Below, piece after piece: positions 38,712-47,975 of a stretch of 64,000 bases of DNA (its first letter is position 1; every line of letters begins with the position of its first letter). The translations under genes and the position numbers were made by a program. The notes below the pieces were generated by a model. It was given only the letters and a program-made list of their open reading frames with translations. It made no database searches and had not been told where the DNA came from. Origin of the DNA: Thermofilaceae archaeon (GTDB taxonomy: Archaea > Thermoproteota > Thermoprotei > Thermofilales > Thermofilaceae); NCBI GenBank assembly GCA_038861545.1, contig JAWCCZ010000001.1:128001-192000 (forward strand), given 5' to 3'.

Positions 38712-39785
38712 CTATGAGTGTGTATGCTGCCATAACTCATTGAGTGATTCGTAGAATGAGCTTGGTTGAAGCTCCTTAAAACCTCCTATGTTAAGCGCTA
38801 GGTGTAAACGTATATCTAAGCAAAGGTGGCAGTGGCTCACATATCCACCGCGTGGTTCATTATATCCGTATCCATCAACTGCTAGCCGATATAGTGAACC
38901 CAAATCCCTGGATAACATCGCTAAAACTGGTCTATCGCCTAGATCAACCCCCTCTAAGACATGGTTTAGCTTTCGTGCGTCTCCGAGGGTTATCCCAGCG
39001 CAGTATCCTGGAACGTAGTTGTAGTAGGGGTCGACATGCACATGCCATGGCCTCGTAAGCTCCCCTAAGCAAGATACATTGAAATAAGCTTTAGCTGGCC
39101 TTTTCTCGTAAAATTGACTTAATGTGTAGACTAAGCGACCCATTGGTAACAGAATTGAAGGATTAAAGACCAGATTAAAAAGCAGGGGAATTGTTTTGAG
39201 AACTTTGCTAACTGATTCTTCGAAATTAATTCTACCGGTAAACCCTATGGAGTCCAGAAGTTCTAGGTAAACAGGGTGGTAGACAAGCACTCCGCTTCCG
39301 CCCCACACATCAAGCGCTGCTCTAATAGCGAGCTTTGTTCTCTCATAAGGGACGAACTCTGCTGTGAACGGGTTTACGCTAATCAGAACTCCCTCTAGAC
39401 CAGCTTTCTTTAACTCTTCAAATCTGCTTCTAGCGTGAGTGTAGCTTGTAACCCAAAAGCAGTTGGTTTCAACGAAGACTGAGGGATAACCAAGCTCTTC
39501 AGCTATCTTTACACTCTCCAACGTCAAATGGTAGTTCAGAAAAGGCTCTCCACCTGTCAGGTGAAGTCCCTCACTTATCCCCAGTTTCCCAGCTGGAGAG
39601 GCCGGCGCAATATATGGGGCGAGGTTTTCTAAGACCCTTTTAAGTTGGTCTTTGCTCATCCAGTATTTTGCTTTTGGAGTGCAAGCGTACATGCAATGTT
39701 TGCATTCACACGTACACTGATAGGAGAGCATGATACCTACTGAAACCGGGGGTTCTGGCTTGAGTACTCCAGAGTTCATCATCAT
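38712..39785 (-). CDS. Radical SAM protein
   Basis: CxxxCxxC (CTCECKHC), TGGEPF, and extra C-terminal cysteines (HCHLC). Confidence 0.88.
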   Translation of the reverse strand: MMMNSGVLKPEPPVSVGIMLSYQCTCECKHCMYACTPKAKYWMSKDQLKRVLENLAPYIAPASPAGKLGISEGLHLTGGEPFLNYHLTLESVKIAEELGYPSVFVETNCFWVTSYTHARSRFEELKKAGLEGVLISVNPFTAEFVPYERTKLAIRAALDVWGGSGVLVYHPVYLELLDSIGFTGRINFEESVSKVLKTIPLLFNLVFNPSILLPMGRLVYTLSQFYEKRPAKAYFNVSCLGELTRPWHVHVDPYYNYVPGYCAGITLGDARKLNHVLEGVDLGDRPVLAMLSRDLGSLYRLAVDGYGYNEPRGGYVSHCHLCLDIRLHLALNIGGFKELQPSSFYESLNELWQHTHS

Positions 39786-39874
39786 TTACTGATTTAAGCT
39801 TATCAAGCTTCCTAATTTCTCTGACCCTTATATTATAGTAAATGGCTGTATAGGGATCATATGTTTTCCGAATA

Positions 39875-40981
39875 CTAAGTGTTGGGAAAACGATGGCTTG
39901 ATTTAAGGTAATCAATGAGTTCTTCATAGTTTCTAAAGATGTTTGTGGTATAATACTCGAAGAAGGGGCTTTTGAGCTGATAGGGAAATATAGCGAAGAC
40001 ATCCTTGTTATGAGTATAACCGTAATGTATTTCATTTAATACTCCGGGAGAAACCTGGGTAGTGGGGTAAAACACAACTATGATATCTGATTGATCGATA
40101 AGCTTGTAGTCGCGCGCGACTATCTGGTCGATAATATCATCTCTGGCTTTCGAGATCTCATCTACGCTTAATTGCAGCTTAGATTCATCAACATTTAACT
40201 CGACGTGCTCTGAACCGCGTTTCCAAGCCTCTTCAGCTAACCCGATCAGTACAGCTTCATCAATGGTAATTGGGTCGAAAACTACGATGCCAGTCTTTCT
40301 GAGCGCCTCTTTAATCTCGTCCTTTTTCGTGAAAAATGCCTGGTCGCCAGCTACATGGGTTATCGGGTAGCTAAGATAAGCCTTTAGTGCTGGTGTGCGG
40401 TTAGCCAGTTTTTCTTTTTCAACCTTGTAAATTAGGTCTAATAACAGGTTTACGGGTTCCCGTCTTGCCACTATGTAGAAGGGCTTCTGCTGGTATTCAG
40501 CTAAGATTTCAGTTACGAAGGCTTCCTCGTCCCTCCATACGAGGATATCTTTCAAGTCAAGCCGGCCTTTCCACTGAGTGGTTTCCAATCTAGCTTTAAC
40601 TGAGTGTGCATTATCAACTATTGTAACATACATGTCTGGGTTTATCTTGTTCAGGTAGTAAAGATTGAACGCTGTAGAAAGATGTTTTTTCCAACGGAAG
40701 CAAACGTGTGTGCTTATGATCAAGTCTTTATCGCTTAATCCTCGAAATTTCTCTACTTCAGTTAGAAGTTCCTCGAAAGTAACTGCTCTCAAGTAGTCAA
40801 GGGCGAAGGGGTCTAGGTCCAGTATCTTGCCTTGAGGTATGCGTATACCCAGCTCAGCGGACTTACGGAACATTCTTGCTCCAACGTCTATAACTTGCAG
40901 TTTTCCTTCACTACCCTTCGCCGCTTCTTCGATGAGGTCTAAGCGTCCACTACCGCTTATCCCTGTCGCAAAGATTATCAT
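39875..40981 (-). CDS. P-loop NMP-kinase-like domain fused to a nucleoside 2-deoxyribosyltransferase-like domain
   Basis: N-terminal TGISGSGR and STH. C-terminal AYLSYPIT...FDP...RDYKLIDQSDIIVV...SPGVLNE. Confidence 0.7.
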   Translation of the reverse strand: MIIFATGISGSGRLDLIEEAAKGSEGKLQVIDVGARMFRKSAELGIRIPQGKILDLDPFALDYLRAVTFEELLTEVEKFRGLSDKDLIISTHVCFRWKKHLSTAFNLYYLNKINPDMYVTIVDNAHSVKARLETTQWKGRLDLKDILVWRDEEAFVTEILAEYQQKPFYIVARREPVNLLLDLIYKVEKEKLANRTPALKAYLSYPITHVAGDQAFFTKKDEIKEALRKTGIVVFDPITIDEAVLIGLAEEAWKRGSEHVELNVDESKLQLSVDEISKARDDIIDQIVARDYKLIDQSDIIVVFYPTTQVSPGVLNEIHYGYTHNKDVFAIFPYQLKSPFFEYYTTNIFRNYEELIDYLKSSHRFPNT

Positions 40982-41134
40982 AAGAGCTTTTAATTTGAAG
41001 ACGGATAACTGTTTCGATTACTTTCGCCCGATTATTAGGGGAAATATTATCCATGTTCCCAGCAGCGTATAACCGTGAACGCTGTAGGTTACTCAGAACT
41101 TAGACTAGAAGGAAATTCTAAACGGTGGGAAAGT

Positions 41135-41356
41135 TTGGGAGAAGCTCTTTTATTCGTGGATGAGGAGGATGATTCGAGAAAAGCTGAAGAATTTCTTAAT
41201 AAACTCGGGATTAAGTACCGTAGAATCGACGTGCGGAATGGATTGCGTGGCTGGCTGCTATTTGACTACGGAACCGCAGAGGTTCCTTTACTTGTGGTAG
41301 GTGAAAGGGTTCTAGTGGGATTCGAGGAGATAAAGAAACACTATGCATTCCGTTAA
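41135..41356 (+). CDS. Glutaredoxin-fold protein lacking CxxC
   Basis: KAEEFL..LGIKY..IDV...G..EVP.LVVG...LVGF pattern. Start placed at TTG 41135 (ORF track: 41075). Confidence 0.65.
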   Translation: MGEALLFVDEEDDSRKAEEFLNKLGIKYRRIDVRNGLRGWLLFDYGTAEVPLLVVGERVLVGFEEIKKHYAFR

Positions 41357-41385
41357 CCTATTTTTCCACTTAGTCTTCTTGAATT

Positions 41386-42369
41386 ATGGATGAACGCGAA
41401 CTAATTGAAAGAGTGTGGAAATTCCTTAGGCGCGATCCCTACGAGTTACTCGGCTTTGATGATGCTCAGGCAGCTGAGTTGAAGGGTAAAATCGTAGCAA
41501 ACTTGGATGTATTTGATGAGGTTACTGACTGGCTGCCGGGGATGACTCTCTGCGACGTAGGTTGGAAGTCGGTTGTAATGGGTGTAAGCGATGTCCTAGT
41601 GAAGGGGGCCAAGCCGCTAGGGGTTATGCTTGGTTTAGGCTTACCGGAAGAACTACTGGACTTCGTTGATGATCTTCTTATAGGTATCCGGGAGGCATGC
41701 GATGATCTAAGTATTCATTTATGGGGTGGTGACACGGGGGCATCTGACCACCTTTACATAGCGGTAGTCGCTATAGGGGTTGCCGATAAACTTGTAGCTA
41801 GGCGAGGCGCTAAACCTGGTGATCTGTTAATGGTTGCGTCAACTGGAGATGGGATAGAAACGCCAGTTGCATACCAAGTGTTGCTTAAAGGCGCGCCGCT
41901 CTGTAGTAAAGCCCATGAAGCTATTAGGAAGGCTTTCAGGCCCAGATTAGTTAAGGCCGAATTCTGGCTAGGGATCGCGGACTATGTTACAGCTTCGATT
42001 GACGATAGTGACGGTTTCGCCTTATCGCTCCATCAGTTAGCCGAGTCCAGTGGTGTAAAACTTGTTTTAGATCGGGTTCCTATAAGCTTCGCACTAGCAG
42101 AGTGTGCTGAGGCTTGGGGGATAAACCCAGTAGAAATGGCTCTTTACGCCGGGGGCGAAGAGTATTCTTTTATATTCACAACGCCCCGCGAGAAAGAAGA
42201 GGAAATCATAGAAAAAGCTAGGAAGCATAACGTACAAGTTTGGAAAATAGGTAGAGTTGAGAAAGGTACTGGAGTCTACTTAAGGGATTACGGCGAGGTT
42301 GAGAGACGTGGCTGGGTCCATTTTGCTACTGATCAATGGTCGGCAACTTCGAGACTACATGTAAGGTAA
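41386..42369 (+). CDS. thiL: Thiamine-monophosphate kinase
   Basis: Motifs E.ELI, DDA, SDV.VKGA, GGDT, D.SDG and GGEEY. Confidence 0.88.
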   Translation: MDERELIERVWKFLRRDPYELLGFDDAQAAELKGKIVANLDVFDEVTDWLPGMTLCDVGWKSVVMGVSDVLVKGAKPLGVMLGLGLPEELLDFVDDLLIGIREACDDLSIHLWGGDTGASDHLYIAVVAIGVADKLVARRGAKPGDLLMVASTGDGIETPVAYQVLLKGAPLCSKAHEAIRKAFRPRLVKAEFWLGIADYVTASIDDSDGFALSLHQLAESSGVKLVLDRVPISFALAECAEAWGINPVEMALYAGGEEYSFIFTTPREKEEEIIEKARKHNVQVWKIGRVEKGTGVYLRDYGEVERRGWVHFATDQWSATSRLHVR

Positions 42370-42570
42370 AAAGCTAGCTTATATTACTCTAACTCTTGGT
42401 TTTCACCAATGCCGGTTTACCGTTTGTCTACGTCATTATTCTTTCAGTAGTTTTCTAAATTATGCCACAGGGATCTCATCTCAAGCTTTGAAAGAGTATT
42501 TCAACTTTCACTAAGCGTTTAGGGGCTTAGCGTTTCGTTTTTAACATATTCTGCACCCGGTTAACGTGAG

Positions 42571-44280
42571 ATGCGATCATTGATTATCGATGGGTACACA
42601 GATGAACCGGCAGGGCTTGGTGTTCCGCCATACATGGATGTATATCCAAGGTACATCACCGGTGCTATTTGGAGTGCAGATAGCGGAGCTGAAATCCGGT
42701 ATGTGACGGTTGACTATGCTAGGCAGAACCTCGACTTAGTGCTTAAGTATGCTGCAAGCTGTGACCTAGTGGTCTTCGTAGCTGGCATTATTGTGCCTGG
42801 AAAGTACCTTGGAGGAGAACCCATTAAACTCGAGGAGTTAGTTCGATGGGTATCGCTCATTGAGGGAGGTTTAAAGGTTCTCGGGGGACCGGTAGCAAGG
42901 TTCGGATACGGGGTAGCCGGCGGAAGGCCAGCAGTACCTCCTGAATACTTTGAAAACTATTTCGACTTAGTTGCGAAAGGAGACGTCGAAATAATAATTT
43001 ATAATTTAATTAAGGAGAAACTTAGAGTTGAAGCCGTCGATCCAACTGAAACTAGAGATGGGTATGAGTTAATTAATAAGTTTGCAGTTAAAGGGTCCAG
43101 AATAGTAGAGCAACATCCTAACTGGGGTTGGAACCTTATCGCTGAAATTGAGACATACCGGGGCTGTCCACGTTGGGTTACTGGGGGTTGTAGCTTTTGC
43201 ATCGAACCACGCTACGGTGCTGTAGTTTTTAGGGATGCGAAATCGATAGCGAGTGAGGTGGAAGCTTTGCATAGGTGTGGAGTAAAACACTTTAGGCTTG
43301 GCAGGCAACCGGATATACTAGCCTACATGGCAAAGGGTGTAAATGAAGTAGAGTTCCCTAAACCTAACCCGGAAAAGATCGAAGAGCTGTTTAAGAGTGT
43401 GAGAGCGGCCGCACCCGAGCTAAAAGTGCTTCATATCGACAACGTTAATCCTGGTACAATTGCACATCACGAAAAAGATGCGAAGGAAGCCCTGAAGATT
43501 ATCGTTCAGTACCATACGCCGGGTGATGTGGCGGCGCTAGGTATTGAAAGTGCTGATCCCAGAGTAGTTAAAGCTAACAACTTGAAAGCAAACCCAGAGG
43601 ACTCTTTCAATGCAATTAAGGTAGTGAATGAAGTAGGTGTGGTAAGGGGTTGGAACGGAATGCCCGAGCTTCTTCCAGGGATTAATTTCGTACTTGGCTT
43701 GAAAGGTGAAACCAAAGATACTTTTCGGCTTAACATGGAGTTCCTGCGATCAATATTAAAAGAGAAGTTAATGGTACGGCGGATTAACATTCGTCAGGTG
43801 CTTGCTCTGCCTGGCACAAGTATGTGGTCTATAGGCGACCGCATCGTAAAGGCTCACAGAAAGTATTTTCGGGAGTTTAAGATGAGAGTGCGAGTAGAGT
43901 TCGATAAGCCTATGCTGAGGCTCATAACGCCCCGTGGAATTATACTGAAAGCTCTGTTCGTAGAAGCTCACGAAGGTAAGTACAGTCTCGCGAGGCAAGT
44001 AGGCTCATACCCCTTGTTAGTCTATGTAACTGAAAATCTAGGAATAGGGACAAAGCTTGACGTAGTAGCGGTGGAGCATGGGTATAGGTCAGTGAAAGGT
44101 ATCCCATACCCTCTCGATGTTAATACAGCTTCGCGCGATTCGCTTACATTGGTTCCTGGGTTAAGTAGACGCAGCGCTGTTAAGATCTTATCGAAGAGGC
44201 CATTTCGAGATTCCGTGGAACTTAAAGAAATCGCGGGAGTTGAGGCACTGAAGTACCTTAGCGTTAACTTGAGAGGGTAA
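42571..44280 (+). CDS. Radical SAM enzyme with C-terminal helix-hairpin-helix (COG1031-type)
   Basis: Motifs IIDGYTDEPAGLGVPPY, ETYRGCPRWVTGGCSFC and RRINIRQV; HhH region DVNTA...VPGL. Confidence 0.85.
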   Translation: MRSLIIDGYTDEPAGLGVPPYMDVYPRYITGAIWSADSGAEIRYVTVDYARQNLDLVLKYAASCDLVVFVAGIIVPGKYLGGEPIKLEELVRWVSLIEGGLKVLGGPVARFGYGVAGGRPAVPPEYFENYFDLVAKGDVEIIIYNLIKEKLRVEAVDPTETRDGYELINKFAVKGSRIVEQHPNWGWNLIAEIETYRGCPRWVTGGCSFCIEPRYGAVVFRDAKSIASEVEALHRCGVKHFRLGRQPDILAYMAKGVNEVEFPKPNPEKIEELFKSVRAAAPELKVLHIDNVNPGTIAHHEKDAKEALKIIVQYHTPGDVAALGIESADPRVVKANNLKANPEDSFNAIKVVNEVGVVRGWNGMPELLPGINFVLGLKGETKDTFRLNMEFLRSILKEKLMVRRINIRQVLALPGTSMWSIGDRIVKAHRKYFREFKMRVRVEFDKPMLRLITPRGIILKALFVEAHEGKYSLARQVGSYPLLVYVTENLGIGTKLDVVAVEHGYRSVKGIPYPLDVNTASRDSLTLVPGLSRRSAVKILSKRPFRDSVELKEIAGVEALKYLSVNLRG

Positions 44281-46051
44281 ACTCCAGCTGCTTGAGTTCC
44301 TCACTAATCTTAGCCCTATACAATTCAACAGCTTCACTCATGAATTCTGGTAGGAGCTTACCATGCGGGGTTGGGGTTTCGAAAATCCTTTTCGGGAATC
44401 TTAGCCTTGAGAAATCGAAGCCCTCGTCAAGCTTGTATTTGAGTTTTAAGAGATGAATCTTCTTGCCGATGTCCTTTAAATCGTTCTCGTCAATTTCCCA
44501 TTTTAGTGGTTTGAAAGCTTCCACTGTTACCTGTGGCGTGTAGACACCTCGGGCGAAAAGGCATAAAACTAAGCTAGTGAGTATTTGTCTCCATCGTTCC
44601 TCTTGGATTAAATAATCGACTACTTCCTCAACATTTACTTCCTTTCCAACCATTTTTTGATCGTAACTGTAACCCGCAGAGTCAAGGTGACTGTGCCTTG
44701 CTCCTAATGCATAACCAAGGTGAGCTCCAGGACCCGTATGATACCCAGGCATCTCGTTTCCCCCAAACGTTAAGGCAAAATTTTCGCCTCCGTAAACCTT
44801 AGCTGCGTGCTCAGTCCCTTTGGCTAGAACTGAATAAAAATCGTTCGGCTGCTCAACTATAAGTTCGATAGCTTTCAAGTAACTAACGTGATCCCCCCAC
44901 GATGGTCTAATCCCCATCGTTTCATTTTCCGAAATCATTCCTCTTTCAAAAGCTTCTGTCATCCAGGCTAGTGCAACTCCAGTGCTCATCGCGTCGAGAC
45001 CGTATACTTCGACCGCGTCTAACAGTTTAAGCAGGTGCGCCCCGTATTTCACACCGAGCATTGTACCTAGAGCATATATCGGCTCATAGTCGTAAGAGAC
45101 AAAGGTAGTCTTGTAGAAGTATGCCTCCGTCTCATACGGTTCTCTCAATACCCCTAAGTGTATGCAAGCTACCGGGCAGTGAGCACACGATACCCTCCTC
45201 CCTAAGTATGTTTCTGCAAGCTTCTCGCCTGAAAGCTCCGAGGCATACTCGAATCGAGTTTTCTGGAGGTTCATCGTAGGTAAGGCGCCGAGCTCGTTCA
45301 GTGGAAGTACGTTTTCGGCTGTACCTAATTCATGGTATTTTTTAGTGGCATGTGTCCCCATGATTATATCGCATATTCTATCGTATATTTTTCTGAAAGA
45401 CGCTTTATCAGCGATAGGTATGCTCCCTTTACCTGATACTACTAACGCTTTTAGCTTTTTACTGCCGAATACCGCCCCTAATCCGAGTCTCCCGAAATGT
45501 CGGAATGTATCGACGACCACGCACGCATATCTTACCATCTTCTCTCCTGCACGACCTATTCGCATGATTGTTCTAAAACCGTAACCAGTTTCAAGTTCTC
45601 TCAATACGCGTCCTACAGTATGCGTGCTCCTAACTCCCCAAAGCGCTCTAGCGTCGTGGAAAATTACTTTATTGCCATGCACTGAGACCCAGATTGGAAT
45701 CTCGCTGGCACCCTTAATCACTATCGCGCCATAACCTGCAAGCCTAATCGCTACCGAGCTCCTACCTCCCGCGTGGCTTTCACCTAGGTTGCCCGTAAGT
45801 GGGCTTTTAAACATTGCAACGGTCTTACTAGCCATCGGGTACACGCCATTGAATGGACCAGTAGCTATTATGATGGCGTTTTCGGGACTAAGTGGGTCCG
45901 CACCGCGCGGTACCTCTTCTCTCAACAACTTAATTGCTGCACCTGTGCCGCCAATGTACTCTCTAAATACTTCACTACGGTCTTCGATCCAATACTTTTT
46001 TATAGATAAATCCAAGTAAAGGACTCGGGATAACGGATCTTTATTATACAC
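44264..46051 (-). CDS. Aldehyde ferredoxin oxidoreductase family (tungstopterin) enzyme
   Basis: Motifs KSPLTG, GRLGLGAVFGSKKLKA, CAHCPVAC, YE, GLDAMS and LVLCLF. Confidence 0.93.
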   Translation of the reverse strand: MYNKDPLSRVLYLDLSIKKYWIEDRSEVFREYIGGTGAAIKLLREEVPRGADPLSPENAIIIATGPFNGVYPMASKTVAMFKSPLTGNLGESHAGGRSSVAIRLAGYGAIVIKGASEIPIWVSVHGNKVIFHDARALWGVRSTHTVGRVLRELETGYGFRTIMRIGRAGEKMVRYACVVVDTFRHFGRLGLGAVFGSKKLKALVVSGKGSIPIADKASFRKIYDRICDIIMGTHATKKYHELGTAENVLPLNELGALPTMNLQKTRFEYASELSGEKLAETYLGRRVSCAHCPVACIHLGVLREPYETEAYFYKTTFVSYDYEPIYALGTMLGVKYGAHLLKLLDAVEVYGLDAMSTGVALAWMTEAFERGMISENETMGIRPSWGDHVSYLKAIELIVEQPNDFYSVLAKGTEHAAKVYGGENFALTFGGNEMPGYHTGPGAHLGYALGARHSHLDSAGYSYDQKMVGKEVNVEEVVDYLIQEERWRQILTSLVLCLFARGVYTPQVTVEAFKPLKWEIDENDLKDIGKKIHLLKLKYKLDEGFDFSRLRFPKRIFETPTPHGKLLPEFMSEAVELYRAKISEELKQLEFTLSS

Positions 46052-46457
46052 TCGGTATCACCTCTTCCAACTTAATGACCTCGTACGGGCAGTATCGGGT
46101 GCAATATCCACAGTGGGCGCAGACTACGGGTTTGCTTGCTTCCTCATCCCACATAATGGCTCCATAAGGGCATGCTCTAACGCAGTTACCGCAGCCAATA
46201 CATTTTGCTAAGTTAATACTCACTCCACCCCCCTCCCTTTGCTTAAGGGCAGTAGTTGGACATACATATGCACAAGGGGGGTCCGAACATGCTCTGCAAA
46301 CGATTACCCTAAACCCCCTTTCTATACCGCCAATGCTCGCAACTTTAATCGCTGATTTCGAGACGCCCCCGTCCCCAAAGCGGCGTGAGCAAGCGAATAC
46401 GCACATCATACATCCGACACATAGGTCCACATCAACCACTGAAAGCCGTTTAACCAT
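46044..46457 (-). CDS. 4Fe-4S dicluster electron-transfer subunit
   Basis: Several CxxCxxCxxxC(P) motifs; overlaps the AOR start. Confidence 0.92.
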   Translation of the reverse strand: MVKRLSVVDVDLCVGCMMCVFACSRRFGDGGVSKSAIKVASIGGIERGFRVIVCRACSDPPCAYVCPTTALKQREGGGVSINLAKCIGCGNCVRACPYGAIMWDEEASKPVVCAHCGYCTRYCPYEVIKLEEVIPSV

Positions 46458-46554
46458 ATGGACACCTAGGAACTTAGGGAAAACGTATGTAATAAAACGT
46501 TACCTTAGGAAAATTATTAATGATAAATCAAATACTTCAACCTGGCTTATGAAA

Positions 46555-47100
46555 TCACCTTAACCCAGGCAACACTTCCCATCTCTCCAGAACAAGAGCC
46601 GCGAAATAACCCCCAATCACTATAGCTAAAAGGTAGTTAACCGTGGATATGATGATTGAAGCAAGGAAAACAGTTGCGGAAAACATTTCTGATGGAGCGA
46701 ATAAAAGATAGGGTGTATAGCTAAAAATTCCTCCTATTAGGCTAGCCAGTATGCATTCCGGCGCACCAGGCTTCTCAACCTTAAGCAAAGCAAGTTCGAT
46801 GCCAACCCCCAATAAAATATTTCTAGGTAGCCTTAAGCTGAGGTCTCTTGGGTGAAAGAACGCGCCAGTCGCTGCGAGCAGAACTCCCTCTTTAACCCCT
46901 CCACCTCTACCAAGGTATGCTCTAGCTAGCACCGTTACTGTCGCTAGCGGTAGAAGACCTAACCGCGGAGAAAGAGGTAAACCTATAAGTGATGTTACCC
47001 TGTCTACAGTCCGGGTTAGAGGACCGAGGATGTACCCTAAAGCTGTTGGAATAGCTGCAAGAAATGATAACACTGCGATTTCTAAGGTTACCCGTTTCAA
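46555..47100 (-). CDS. Integral membrane protein (ECF S-component-like)
   Basis: 181 aa, about 5-6 Gly-rich TM helices, C-terminal GG.FAALVLERW pattern. Confidence 0.55.
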   Translation of the reverse strand: MKRVTLEIAVLSFLAAIPTALGYILGPLTRTVDRVTSLIGLPLSPRLGLLPLATVTVLARAYLGRGGGVKEGVLLAATGAFFHPRDLSLRLPRNILLGVGIELALLKVEKPGAPECILASLIGGIFSYTPYLLFAPSEMFSATVFLASIIISTVNYLLAIVIGGYFAALVLERWEVLPGLR

Positions 47101-47906
47101 CTTTTTAGCACCAAGTTAATTGCTACTAAATGGTGAACCCAACTACTCTTGGATTGCCCTCTTACAACCGCACGCAACGGTCCTAACTCTTGCACAAGCT
47201 CTTCGGGAACCAGCAAAACATGTATGTCGGGAATCGCACTAGGGTGCAGGATGCTTCGGTATCCGTCAGAGCCTATCAATTCAATGATCTCCACGCTTGT
47301 CGTTTCAATTCCACATTCAGCTATCAGCTGGGAAAGTGGAGCAGCTACTCCTATTCCCTCTAGACTGACAGCCACATTGTAGAGGTCATCTAGTTCGAAG
47401 ATGGCCACTGGTTCTTCGTTTACAAGTAAAGCCAACCCCCATCGCCTGTTTTCAACGTCCACACGTATCAACATTTTTACCCAGTACTTACTACTTAAAC
47501 CCTTTACAGCCAACCTGAGAGGACCCCAATCCGCCTCCAACCCCTTAGCCAAGATTACGTAAGCGCCAGGCAAGTAAAGGAACGCATAATCTATTGATCG
47601 GGAGTAACCATCGGCTCCCAGGGCGCGTAGCTTGTAAATTAATGTGCTGTTCAAGTCTACTCCGCTCAAGAGGAGTAACTTGTATAGAGGGACGGCGTTG
47701 ACCTTACCTACCCCAGTTAAATCTACTGTTTCTGACACTGATTTAAGTTCATTTAAAGTAAAAACTTTCTGCGTATCGTTTGTAGCAACGATAAGTTTCC
47801 ACTCTCCTTCTTGAGGTAAAGTAATTAAGTAGTACGCAGCTAAAGTAACTACCACAAAGATTATGGTAGTAATAATTACCGAAATTTTTGCATTAAGTTT
47901 GAGCAT
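47097..47906 (-). CDS. Membrane-anchored protein with two tandem molybdopterin-oxidoreductase-like (sulfite-oxidase fold) domains
   Basis: N-terminal TM helix; internal duplication VPLYKLL..GADGY..GPLRL..WVK / APLSQLI..GSDGY..GPLRA..WVH. Confidence 0.7.
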   Translation of the reverse strand: MLKLNAKISVIITTIIFVVVTLAAYYLITLPQEGEWKLIVATNDTQKVFTLNELKSVSETVDLTGVGKVNAVPLYKLLLLSGVDLNSTLIYKLRALGADGYSRSIDYAFLYLPGAYVILAKGLEADWGPLRLAVKGLSSKYWVKMLIRVDVENRRWGLALLVNEEPVAIFELDDLYNVAVSLEGIGVAAPLSQLIAECGIETTSVEIIELIGSDGYRSILHPSAIPDIHVLLVPEELVQELGPLRAVVRGQSKSSWVHHLVAINLVLKS

Positions 47907-47975
47907 GTGAACGGCTTACTACAGTGGTTAAAAAGATTATAATATACTACAATTTTAAATGCTCGTAGGCGCTCC

